32,000 nucleotides of DNA, from contig NC_009664.2 in assembly GCF_000017305.1 (NCBI RefSeq), forward strand, positions 690,001 through 722,000, given 5' to 3'. The position numbers and the translations under genes are program-made. Of the stretch, positions 1 through 8,206 are shown piece after piece (positions within the stretch are counted from its first letter, which is position 1; each line of letters begins with the position of its first letter). The notes under the pieces were generated by a model. It was not told where the DNA came from and did no database searches. It was given only the letters and a program-made list of their open reading frames with translations. Source of the stretch: Kineococcus radiotolerans SRS30216 = ATCC BAA-149. Its GTDB lineage: Bacteria; Actinomycetota; Actinomycetes; Actinomycetales; Kineococcaceae.

Positions 1-504
1 CTGCGTGGAGGAGTCCCAGCCGACGTCGGCGAACACCAGCGACCCCTGGCCCTGCGCGCGCAGCACCCACGGCTGCGGGACGGCGGCCAGGTGCACCAGG
101 CAGCTGCGCGCCGGGGGGACGTCCTCGGGTTCGTCGACCGGGGCCGGGTGCTCGTGGGTGACCATGGCGCGGTCCCCGCCGTAGGCCAGCGAGACCGTCA
201 CCGGGGAGTGCCAGTCCTCCGCGCGGTAGGAGGTGGACAGGTCGATCCCCTCCTGCTCCCCGAGGGTCTGCCAGCAGAACTGCCCGTAGGCGTCGGTGCT
301 GAACGCCGCGGACAGCGACGTCGACAACCCCAGCCGGGACGCCGCGACGGCCATGTTGGCGATGCCGCCCGGGCACGAGCCCATGCCCGAGGTCCACACC
401 TCGGTGCCCAGCCGCGGCTCGGAGTCCAGCCCCGTGAGGACGATGTCGAGGAACACCGTGCCGCGCACGTGGACGTCGAAGGGTTCCCCGGTCGTGGTCG
501 CCAC
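1..504 (-). CDS. PfkB-family carbohydrate kinase, N-terminal part (gene continues past the left edge)
   Basis: My own reverse-strand translation of 504..1 gives VATTTGEPFDVHVRGTVFLDIVLTGLDSEPRLGTEVWTSGMGSCPGGIANMAVAASRLGLSTSLSAAF... This is the N-terminal fold and GG-motif region typical of ribokinase/PfkB-like kinases. The ORF is open to the window edge, so it is absent from the ORF track. I chose the GTG at 504; the in-frame GTG at 537 is an alternative start. Confidence 0.65.
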   Translation of the reverse strand, partial: MATTTGEPFDVHVRGTVFLDIVLTGLDSEPRLGTEVWTSGMGSCPGGIANMAVAASRLGLSTSLSAAFSTDAYGQFCWQTLGEQEGIDLSTSYRAEDWHSPVTVSLAYGGDRAMVTHEHPAPVDEPEDVPPARSCLVHLAAVPQPWVLRAQGQGSLVFADVGWDSSTQ

Positions 505-612
505 CCGCCGATGCTGCCAGCCCGGCCGCCGGTCCACCAGAGCGGTCCCGCCGCCGCGGCCGGCGGGGCCGCTCCACCGGGCGGGCCCGGCCAGGAGGTG
601 CAGGATGCGGGC

Positions 613-1647
613 ATGGAGAACCGCACACTGGGGAGCAGCGGCACGTCCGTCTCCCACCTCGCGCTGGGCACCATGACCTTCGGCAGCGAGACCGACCGCG
701 ACGGCTCGTTCGAGCAGCTCGACACGTTCCTCGCCGCGGGCGGCACCCTCGTCGACACCGCCGACGTCTACTCCGGCGGGGTCTCGGAGGAGATCATCGG
801 CGCCTGGCTGGCCGACCGTCCCGCCGACGTCACCGAACGGGTGGTGCTGGCCACCAAGGGCCGCTTCCCCACCTCCGGGGAACCCAACGGCGTCGGCCTC
901 TCGCGCCGGCACCTGACCCGGGCCCTCGACGCGTCCCTGCGCCGGCTCGGGGTGGACACCGTCGACCTCTACCAGGTGCACGCCTGGGACCCGTGGACCC
1001 CGCTGGAGGAGACCCTGGCGACGCTGGACTCCTTCGTCCGCGCCGGCAAGGTCCACCACGTCGGGTTGTCGAACTTCACCGGCTGGCAGCTGCAGAAGGC
1101 CGTCGACGTCGCCGACGCCGGCGGGTACTCCCCGCCGGTGACCCTGCAGCCGCAGTACAACCTGCTGGTCCGCGAGATCGAGTGGGAGATCGTCCCCGCC
1201 GCGGAGGAGAACGGCCTCGGGCTGCTGCCCTGGTCCCCCCTCGGCGGGGGCTGGCTGTCGGGCAAGTACACCCGCGACAACGCCCCCACCGGTGCGACCC
1301 GGCTGGGTGAGAACCCCGACCGCGGGGTGGAGGCCTACGCTCGGCGCAACGCCCAGACCCGCACCTGGGCCGTCGTCGAGGCCGTGCAGCGCGTGGCCGA
1401 GCAGCGCGGGGCCACGATGGCCCAGGTCGCGCTGGCCTGGCTCGCGGCCCAGCCGGCGGTGAGCTCGGTCATCCTGGGGGCCCGCACCACCGCGCAGCTC
1501 GCCGAGAACCTCGGAGCCGCCGACCTGGAGCTCGAGGCCGCCGAACTCGTCCTCCTCGACGAGGCCAGCGACCCCGAGCCCGCCGACTACCCCTACGGCG
1601 GACCGGGCTCGGCCCAGCGGTCCCGGAAGCTGCAGGGCGGTCGCTGA
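613..1647 (+). CDS. aldo/keto reductase
   Basis: C-terminal 344 aa of track ORF 91..1647, starting MENRTLGSSGTSVSHLALGTMTFG. AKR hallmarks present (GTMTFG, DTADVYS, LYQVHAWD, GLSNF). The upstream part of the ORF is low-complexity read-through. An AGGAGG lies about 14 nt upstream of ATG 613. Confidence 0.9.
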   Translation: MENRTLGSSGTSVSHLALGTMTFGSETDRDGSFEQLDTFLAAGGTLVDTADVYSGGVSEEIIGAWLADRPADVTERVVLATKGRFPTSGEPNGVGLSRRHLTRALDASLRRLGVDTVDLYQVHAWDPWTPLEETLATLDSFVRAGKVHHVGLSNFTGWQLQKAVDVADAGGYSPPVTLQPQYNLLVREIEWEIVPAAEENGLGLLPWSPLGGGWLSGKYTRDNAPTGATRLGENPDRGVEAYARRNAQTRTWAVVEAVQRVAEQRGATMAQVALAWLAAQPAVSSVILGARTTAQLAENLGAADLELEAAELVLLDEASDPEPADYPYGGPGSAQRSRKLQGGR

Positions 1648-1648
1648 G

Positions 1649-1858
1649 TCAGTCCGCCGGCGCGGGGTGTCCCTGCTGGCCCCGGACCCCCGCGTCGTCG
1701 GCCTCCTCGCTCTCGGGGAGGTCCTGCCACCCCTGCTTCGCCTCGGCGGTGAGCTCCTGCGAGGCCTCCAGGTGCTCCTGGGCGCTCTTCTCGTCGGGCA
1801 CGTCGGTTCCTCTCGTCGTCATCGGGGTCGTGGGGATCGTGGGGGTTGCCGGGGTCAC
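1649..1858 (-). CDS. small acidic hypothetical protein (69 aa from GTG 1858, or 57 aa from ATG 1822)
   Basis: Track ORF 1649..1858. Third codon positions are almost all G/C, consistent with coding. GTG 1858 overlaps the stop of the upstream YihY gene as GTGA (1855..1858). I recognised no family. Confidence 0.4.
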   Translation of the reverse strand: MTPATPTIPTTPMTTRGTDVPDEKSAQEHLEASQELTAEAKQGWQDLPESEEADDAGVRGQQGHPAPAD

Positions 1859-2838
1859 CGGGCGTCGGGCTTGCGGTCCGCGGCCATCGCGTCGCGCTCA
1901 CCCATGGGCTGCTCCGGCCCGACGGTGGTGTCCTTGTCGGTCTGCTTCTCCGACTCGGCGTTGACCTCGGCGCCGAGCAGGATGGCGTAGCTGGTCAGCC
2001 ACAGCCACATGAGCAGGACGACGACCCCGGCCATCGAGCCGTAGTTCTTGGCGTAGGAGGACTGCCCGGCGGTCGAGACGTAGATCGAGAACCCGGCCGA
2101 GACGATCAGCCAGAGGACCGTGGCGACCCCCGCGCCGACCGAGACCCACTTCGCGCGCGGGGCGTCGCGGTCCGGCGCCACGCGGTAGACGACCGCGAGC
2201 GCGACCAGCAGCAGCCCCAGCAGCAGGACCCACCGCAGGACGTTCACCACGAGGCTCACCAGGCCGCTGGCACCCAGGGCCTTCACCAGCACCGGGGCGA
2301 CGCCGATGAGGGCGATGGCCAGCAGCATGAAGACGATGGCCCCGAGCGTCAGCAGCAGGGCGGTGCCCTTGAGCTTGACGAACCCGCGGGTCTCCTTCTC
2401 GTCGTAGGCCGTGTTGGTCGCGGCCATGAGGTTCTGCACCCCGCTGGAGGCGCTCCACAGGGCCAGGACGACCGCGACGATCGCGGTGATGCCCGCGGTC
2501 GACTTGCCGTTGGCGACGTTCTGCACCTGGCTGGTGACCAGGTTCCGGGCCTCTTCGGGGATGGCGGTGATCCCGTTGATCTGGCTGGTGATCTGGGCGG
2601 TGTCGCCGAAGATCCCCCAGATGAGGAAGGCGGCCGTCAGCGCCGGGAAGATGGCCAGGAAGGCCTTGAAGGCGACCCCGGCCGCCAGCAGCGGCACCTG
2701 GTCGTCCTTCGCCTCGGCCCACGCCCGCTTGGTGACGGCGAGCCAGCCCTTGGCCGGGATCTGCGTCGGCGAATCCGCGTTCTCACCGTGGTCACCGTGC
2801 CGGTGCACGGACAGGTCCCCCTGCTTCGTCTTGCTCAT
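1855..2838 (-). CDS. YihY/BrkB-family integral membrane protein
   Basis: 327-aa ORF. It has a hydrophilic N-terminus followed by about 6 hydrophobic segments and the WLAVTKRAW...DQVPLLAAGVAFKAFLAIFP signature region typical of YihY/virulence factor BrkB (formerly called 'RNase BN') proteins. Confidence 0.85.
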   Translation of the reverse strand: MSKTKQGDLSVHRHGDHGENADSPTQIPAKGWLAVTKRAWAEAKDDQVPLLAAGVAFKAFLAIFPALTAAFLIWGIFGDTAQITSQINGITAIPEEARNLVTSQVQNVANGKSTAGITAIVAVVLALWSASSGVQNLMAATNTAYDEKETRGFVKLKGTALLLTLGAIVFMLLAIALIGVAPVLVKALGASGLVSLVVNVLRWVLLLGLLLVALAVVYRVAPDRDAPRAKWVSVGAGVATVLWLIVSAGFSIYVSTAGQSSYAKNYGSMAGVVVLLMWLWLTSYAILLGAEVNAESEKQTDKDTTVGPEQPMGERDAMAADRKPDAR

Positions 2839-2889
2839 GGCTCCCAGGATGCTGGTCGAGGGCCCGGAACGCTCGCCGGGAGGCCCCGC

Positions 2890-5800
2890 TCAGGCCACCG
2901 AGGCCCGGCCCGCCGCGAACGAGGCCCACAGGTGCGCGTACCGCCCGCCGCGGGCCAGCAGCTCCTCGTGGGTGCCCTCCTCCACGGCGCGGCCGCGGTC
3001 GAGGACGACGATCCGGTCGGCCCGGGCCGCGGTGGTCAGCCGGTGGGCGACGACGATCGTGGTGCGCCGGCTGGCCGCGGCGTCGCTGGCCGCGGCGATG
3101 GCCGCCTCCGCGGCCGGGTCCAGCGCCGCCGTGGCCTCGTCCAGCAGCAGGACGTCGGGGTCGACGAGCTCGGCCCGGGCCAGGGCCACCAGCTGCCGCT
3201 GCCCGGTGGAGAGGTTGCGCCCGCGTTCGCCGACGACGAAGTCGTACCCCCCGGGCAGGGCCTCGACGACCCGGTCCGCCCCCACCGCCGCGGCCGCCGC
3301 CCGCACCTGCGCGGCCGTGGCCCCGGGACGCGCGTAGGCGATCGCCTCGGCCACCGTCCCGTCGAAGAGGTACGCCTCCTGGGGGACGACCCCCAGCCGG
3401 CGCCGGAACCCCGTCAGGTCCAGCGAGCGCAAGTCGGTCCCGTCGACCAGGACGCGGCCGTGGGTGGGGTCGTAGAAGCGCGCGGCCAGCTTCACCACGG
3501 TGGACTTCCCCGCCCCGGTCTCCCCGACGAGGGCGACGGTCTCCCCCGCCCGGACGTGCAGGTCCAGGTCGTGCAGCGCGGGCTCGTCGCCGTCGCGGTA
3601 GCGGAACCCGACGCCCTCGAAGCGCAGGTCGCCGGTCAGCCGCCCGACCGGGACCGGCTGCGGCACCGGCACGACCGAGGTCGGCGTCCGGAGCAGGTCG
3701 GCCACCCGGCGCAGCCCGACGGCGGCCTGCTGGTAGCCGTCGAAGACCTGCGAGAGCTGCTGGACGGGGGCGAAGAACAGGTCGACGTAGAGGAGGAAGG
3801 CGACGAGGACCCCGAGGGAGATCCGTCCCTCGCGCACCAGGCCGGCCCCCACCACGAGGACCAGCGCCGCGGTGGCCTCGTTCAGGAACTGCACGAACGG
3901 GAAGTACGTCGCGATCTGGCGCTGGGCCCGCACCCGGGCGTCGCGGTAGGCCCGGCCCAGGCGCTGGAACGCCTCGGTGTCCTCCCGGGTCCGGACGGAG
4001 GCCTGGGTGACCCGCACCCCCGCGACGGACTCCTGGAACCGCCCGTTGAGCGCGCTGACGCGCTCGCGGGCCTCGGTGTACGCCGGCCGCGACCGGGCCC
4101 GGAAGACGACCGTCGCGACGACCAGCACCGGCAGGACGGCGACCACGACGAGGGCGAGCTCGGGGTCCAGGACGAGCATCGCGACGAACACCCCGGCCAG
4201 GGACAGGAGGCTGACCAGGGCCTGGGCCACGCCGGTCTGCAGGAACGTCGACAGCGCGTCGACGTCGGTCGTCATCCGGGTCATGATCCGCCCGGCCTGC
4301 TCGCGCTCGTAGTAGTCCAGCCCCAGCCGCTGCAGCTGCGCGAACGTCCTCAGCCGCAGGCTGAACAGGACCCGCTCCCCGGTGCGCCCGGTCACCCGGC
4401 CCTGGGCGACGGTCACCACCCAGTCCAGGAGGACGACCGCGGCGGCGACCGCGGAGACCCCCAGCAGCGCGCGCAGGTCGCCGGTGGTGACCCCGTCGTC
4501 CAGGCCGGCGCGCACCAGCTGCGGCAGCAGCAGCTGCGCCCCGGCGTCGAGGGCCACCAGCAGCACCCCGGCCACCAGCGGGCGGCGGAAGGGCCGCAGC
4601 AGCCGACCCAGGCCGAAGCGGGGGTCGTGGCGCTCGGCGGCCAGGACGTCCACGCCGGGCTCGTCGCGGGTCGGGGGCCGCGCGCCGGTCCGGGACGGCG
4701 CTGCGCGCCCCGCCGCGGCCCCGGCGGGGGCGTCGGGCGGGGTCGTCGACCGCGGGGCCGGCAGCGCCGCGGGGACCCGCTCCGGCCGCGTCAGCACCCG
4801 GGCGTCGGCCGGGGACCCGGCGCCGGAGTCGGAGCCGCCGTCGAAGAGCCGGCGGAACACCTCGCACCGCTCCTGCAGCTCCGCCTCGGTCCCCTCGTCG
4901 ACGACGCGGCCGCCGTCGAGGACGACGACGCGGTCGGCCAGCCGCAGGGTCGAGCGCCGGTGCGCGACGAGCAGCGTGGTCCGGCCCGCCTCGCGCCGGG
5001 CGAGGGCGCCCAGGATGCGCTGCTCCACCACGGGGTCGACCGCGGAGGTGGCGTCGTCGAGCACCAGCACCCGCGGGCGGGACAGCAGCGCCCGCGCCAG
5101 CCCGAGGCGCTGGCGCTGCCCTCCGGACAGGGTCAGCCCCTGCTCCCCCACGGGGGTGTCCCAGCCCCGCTCCAGGGCGTCGACGAAGCCGTCGGCGGCG
5201 GCGGTGCGCAGCGCCGCCCGGACCTCCTCGTCGCTCGCGCCGGGGACGGAGTACGCGACGTTGGCGCGCACGGTGTCGGAGAAGAGGAACGTCTCCTCGG
5301 GGACGAGGCCGATCGCGGCGCGCAGCGCGAGGGGGTCCAGGTCGCGCACGTCCACCCCGCCGACGCGGATCGCGCCGGCGTCGACGTCGTAGAAGCGCGG
5401 CAGCAGGTTCGTGATCGTCGACTTGCCCGACCCCGCCGTCCCGACGAGGGCCACGGTGCCGCCCGCGGGCACGTGGACGTCCACGCCGTCCAGGACGGTG
5501 CGCTCGGGGGTGAAGCCGAAGCGCACCCCGGCCAGCTCCACCGACAGGGGGCCCTCGGGCAGCGGTCGTGGGGTCCCCGCGCGCGGTCCCAGGACGCTCG
5601 GGCGGGTGTCGACGACCTGCAGGACGCGTTCGACCCCCGCCCGGGCCTGCTGGCCCACCGTGAGCAGCCCCGCGAGCTGGCGCACCGGGGACACCAGCTG
5701 CCCCAGGTAGGTCGAGAAGGCCAGGAACGTGCCGACGGTGAGGTGCCCGCCCAGCGCCAGCCAGCCGCCGAACAGCAGCACCCCCACCTGCCCCAGGGCG

Positions 5801-6576
5801 GGGACCGCCTGCAGCGCGGGCCCGTAGCGGGAGTTGGCGCGCACCACCCGCATGCGGTCGGCGAACAGGTCCGCGACGACGCCCTCCAGCCGGCGCAGTT
5901 CCGCGGCCTCCTGACCGAAGCCCTTGACGACGCGGACCCCGGAGACCGCGGCCTCGACGTGCGCGGCCACCTCCGCCGCCCGGGCCTGCGCGGCGGAGTT
6001 CGCCGGGAAGAGGTCGCGGCGGCTGCGCCGGGCGATCCACCACAGCGCCGGCCCGACGGCCAGCGCCACCAGGGTCAGCGGCGGGGACAGCGTCGCCATG
6101 ACGACGAGGGACACCACGAACAGCACGGCGTTGCCGGTGACGTTGGGCAGCCACGCCAGCAGGCCCTGGACCAGCTGGACGTCGCTGATGGAGCGGCTGA
6201 CGACCTGACCGGTGGACAGGCCGTCGAGCTGGCGGCCGTCCATCCGCTGCACGGCGGCGTGCACGTCGTCGCGCAGGTCCAGCTGCACGTCCAGCGACAG
6301 CCGGCCCGCGGTGAAGCGGCGGACGAACCCGAGGGCGTACACCACCGCGCCGGCCGCGACGAGCAGCGCGGCCCAGGGCCACAGCGCGGCCCCCGGGCGG
6401 CCCACGACGTCGTCGACGACGTGGCGCACGACGAGGGGGACGAGCGCGGCGACGCCGTAGGAGACGACCGAGGACCCGAAGGCGAGGACGAGGTCGCGCC
6501 GGTGCCGGCCGCAGTACCCGGCGAGCCGGCGCAGCCAGCCGGGCGGGGTGGTGGGCCGGGCAGGGCGTGAGGGCAC
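2890..6576 (-). CDS. fused full-length ABC exporter (TMD1-NBD1-linker-TMD2-NBD2), ATP-binding/permease
   Basis: One uninterrupted ORF (track 2890..6675, 1261 aa). NBD1: Walker A GTAGSGKST, signature LSGGQRQR, Walker B VLVLDD, VAHR. A Pro/Ala-rich linker of about 70 aa follows (about 4636..4845). NBD2: GETGAGKST, LSTGQRQ, VLLLDE, VAHR. Each NBD is preceded by a type-I exporter TMD. I set the start at GTG 6576 (VPSRPARPTTPPGWLRRL...) so the gene does not overlap the divergent LLM gene. The true start could be anywhere in 6576..6675. Confidence 0.85.
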   Translation of the reverse strand: MPSRPARPTTPPGWLRRLAGYCGRHRRDLVLAFGSSVVSYGVAALVPLVVRHVVDDVVGRPGAALWPWAALLVAAGAVVYALGFVRRFTAGRLSLDVQLDLRDDVHAAVQRMDGRQLDGLSTGQVVSRSISDVQLVQGLLAWLPNVTGNAVLFVVSLVVMATLSPPLTLVALAVGPALWWIARRSRRDLFPANSAAQARAAEVAAHVEAAVSGVRVVKGFGQEAAELRRLEGVVADLFADRMRVVRANSRYGPALQAVPALGQVGVLLFGGWLALGGHLTVGTFLAFSTYLGQLVSPVRQLAGLLTVGQQARAGVERVLQVVDTRPSVLGPRAGTPRPLPEGPLSVELAGVRFGFTPERTVLDGVDVHVPAGGTVALVGTAGSGKSTITNLLPRFYDVDAGAIRVGGVDVRDLDPLALRAAIGLVPEETFLFSDTVRANVAYSVPGASDEEVRAALRTAAADGFVDALERGWDTPVGEQGLTLSGGQRQRLGLARALLSRPRVLVLDDATSAVDPVVEQRILGALARREAGRTTLLVAHRRSTLRLADRVVVLDGGRVVDEGTEAELQERCEVFRRLFDGGSDSGAGSPADARVLTRPERVPAALPAPRSTTPPDAPAGAAAGRAAPSRTGARPPTRDEPGVDVLAAERHDPRFGLGRLLRPFRRPLVAGVLLVALDAGAQLLLPQLVRAGLDDGVTTGDLRALLGVSAVAAAVVLLDWVVTVAQGRVTGRTGERVLFSLRLRTFAQLQRLGLDYYEREQAGRIMTRMTTDVDALSTFLQTGVAQALVSLLSLAGVFVAMLVLDPELALVVVAVLPVLVVATVVFRARSRPAYTEARERVSALNGRFQESVAGVRVTQASVRTREDTEAFQRLGRAYRDARVRAQRQIATYFPFVQFLNEATAALVLVVGAGLVREGRISLGVLVAFLLYVDLFFAPVQQLSQVFDGYQQAAVGLRRVADLLRTPTSVVPVPQPVPVGRLTGDLRFEGVGFRYRDGDEPALHDLDLHVRAGETVALVGETGAGKSTVVKLAARFYDPTHGRVLVDGTDLRSLDLTGFRRRLGVVPQEAYLFDGTVAEAIAYARPGATAAQVRAAAAAVGADRVVEALPGGYDFVVGERGRNLSTGQRQLVALARAELVDPDVLLLDEATAALDPAAEAAIAAASDAAASRRTTIVVAHRLTTAARADRIVVLDRGRAVEEGTHEELLARGGRYAHLWASFAAGRASVA

Positions 6577-6631
6577 GAGCGCCAACGCTAACCCCGCGCG
6601 GAACACCCCGCCGGTCCGCGGGGTTCGGCTG

Positions 6632-7672
6632 GTGGTGAACGTCCCGCTGTCGGTCCTGGACCTCTCCCCCACCACCTCCGGGTCGCCCGCGTCGGCGGCG
6701 CTGCGCCGCAGCGTCGAGCTGGCCCGGGACGTGGAGGCGCTGGGCTACCAGCGGTACTGGCTGGCCGAGCACCACGGGGTGGCGAGCACCGCCAGCTCGA
6801 ACCCGGTGGTGCTGATCGCGACGATCGCGGCGGCCACGAGCACGCTGCGGGTGGGGGCGGGGGGCGTCATGCTGCCCAACCACTCCCCGCTGGCGGTGGC
6901 GGAGAGCTTCCGGGCCCTGGAGGGTCTGCACCCGGGCCGCATCGACCTCGGCCTCGGCCGGGCGGTGGGGACCGACGGGCGCACCGCGCTGGCCCTGCAG
7001 CGCTCCCGCCAGGCGCTGGCCCTGGACGACTTCGAGGAGCAGCTCGCCGAGCTGCACGGCTACGTCGACGGCTTCCCGCCCGGGCACCCGTTCGCCGGGG
7101 TCCGGGCCCAGCCCGACGACGTCCCGCTGCCGCCGGTGTGGCTGCTGGGTTCCAGCGAGCACGGTTCGGCCCTCGCCGCGCGGCTGGGCACGGGCTACGC
7201 CTACGCGGGGCACTTCGGCTCGGCCGAGCCGGTGCAGGTGCTGCGCTCCTACCGCGAGGGCTTCGTCCCCTCGCCGCGGTGGCCGCGCCCGCACGCGGTG
7301 CTGACGATGGCGGTGCTGGTCGCGGAGACCGCCGAACGGGCCCGGGCGCTGGCGGCGGCCGCGACGCTGGCCACGGTGCGCCTGCGCCTGGGCGCCCCGG
7401 GGCCGCTGCCCAGCCCCGAGGAGGCCGCGGCCCACCGCTGGACGCTGGCGGAGCGCAACACCGCCGGCCGGCTGGGGTCGCGGCTGGTGGCGGGGACGCC
7501 GGCGGAGGTCGTGCCCCGGCTGCGGGACCTGGTGCAGCGCACCGGCGCCGACGAGCTGATGGTGCTCACCCAGGTGCACGACCCGGCCGAGCGGCGGCTG
7601 TCCCACGCGCTGCTGGCCGAGGGGTGGGGTCTGGGGGCGGACCGCCTCGACGCGAGCCGCTCCGCCCGCTGA
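6632..7672 (+). CDS. LLM-class (luciferase-like) flavin-dependent oxidoreductase
   Basis: From track ORF 6548..7672. The N-terminus VVNVPLSVLDLSP...YQRYWLAEHHG...GGVMLPNHSPL is typical of group-1 luciferase-family oxidoreductases. GTG 6632 or 6635 is the likely start. Confidence 0.85.
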   Translation: MVNVPLSVLDLSPTTSGSPASAALRRSVELARDVEALGYQRYWLAEHHGVASTASSNPVVLIATIAAATSTLRVGAGGVMLPNHSPLAVAESFRALEGLHPGRIDLGLGRAVGTDGRTALALQRSRQALALDDFEEQLAELHGYVDGFPPGHPFAGVRAQPDDVPLPPVWLLGSSEHGSALAARLGTGYAYAGHFGSAEPVQVLRSYREGFVPSPRWPRPHAVLTMAVLVAETAERARALAAAATLATVRLRLGAPGPLPSPEEAAAHRWTLAERNTAGRLGSRLVAGTPAEVVPRLRDLVQRTGADELMVLTQVHDPAERRLSHALLAEGWGLGADRLDASRSAR

Positions 7673-8198
7673 GCGGGGCCTCCTGCGGGGCCCGGGCCGG
7701 GACGTGGCGCAGCTCGACCTCCTCCAGCCGCCCCTCGGCGACGGTGAGCTCCAGCCACGTCCTCGTCGGCATGCGCCGGCGGTCGGTCGGGGACCCGGGG
7801 TTCAGCAGCCGGATCCCCGAGGGGGTCGTGGAGTCCCACGGCACGTGGCTGTGCCCGAACAGCAGGACGTCGAGGGTCCCGGCGCGCGCCGCGTCGCAGC
7901 GGCGTTCCCGGCCCTGCCTGGGCCCGGTCTCGTGCACCACGCCGAAGCGCAGGCCCTCGACCGCGAACTCCGCGAACTCCCCGAGGTGCGCGCGCACGTC
8001 CGGGCCGTCGTTGTTGCCGGCCACCCCCACCAGCCGGCGGGCGCGGTCGCGCAGCGCGAGGACGGTCGCCTCGTCGCACCAGTCCCCGGCGTGCACGACC
8101 AGGTCGGCGGCCTCCACGGCCGCCCACACCGGCGCGGGCAGGTCCTTGGCCCGCGTCGGCAGGTGGGTGTCGGAGACGACCACGAGCCGGGTGGTCAC
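7566..8198 (-). CDS. YfcE/MJ0936-type metallophosphoesterase
   Basis: C-terminal part of track ORF 7566..9341. Motifs VVVSDTHLP, HAGDW, GNND and GHSHVP are present. GTG 8198 lies 8 nt after the serA stop. There is no stop until 7566, so a Pro/Arg/Gly-rich tail of about 45 aa overlaps the 3' end of the convergent LLM gene. Confidence 0.8.
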   Translation of the reverse strand: MTTRLVVVSDTHLPTRAKDLPAPVWAAVEAADLVVHAGDWCDEATVLALRDRARRLVGVAGNNDGPDVRAHLGEFAEFAVEGLRFGVVHETGPRQGRERRCDAARAGTLDVLLFGHSHVPWDSTTPSGIRLLNPGSPTDRRRMPTRTWLELTVAEGRLEEVELRHVPARAPQEAPLSGRSGSRRGGPPPDPTPRPAARGTAAARPGRAPG

Positions 8199-8206
8199 CG
8201 GCGCGC

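Noticed and set aside
1846-7606. Very long ORFs 1846..6570 (+, 1574 aa) and 2792..7606 (-, 1604 aa) overlapping the ABC exporter gene
   Set aside because: Their translations are monotonous Arg/Gly/Pro/Asp/His low-complexity sequence with no motifs. They lie in alternative frames, or antisense, to an ORF that has clear ABC transporter motifs. These are typical stop-codon-poor shadow ORFs in DNA above 70% GC.
8167-8189. GTGTCGGAG, identical to the recA-proximal core, on the + strand
   Set aside because: It lies inside the phosphoesterase CDS on the antisense strand, has no -10-like hexamer after N8 (GAGCCG), and has no downstream gene in that orientation.
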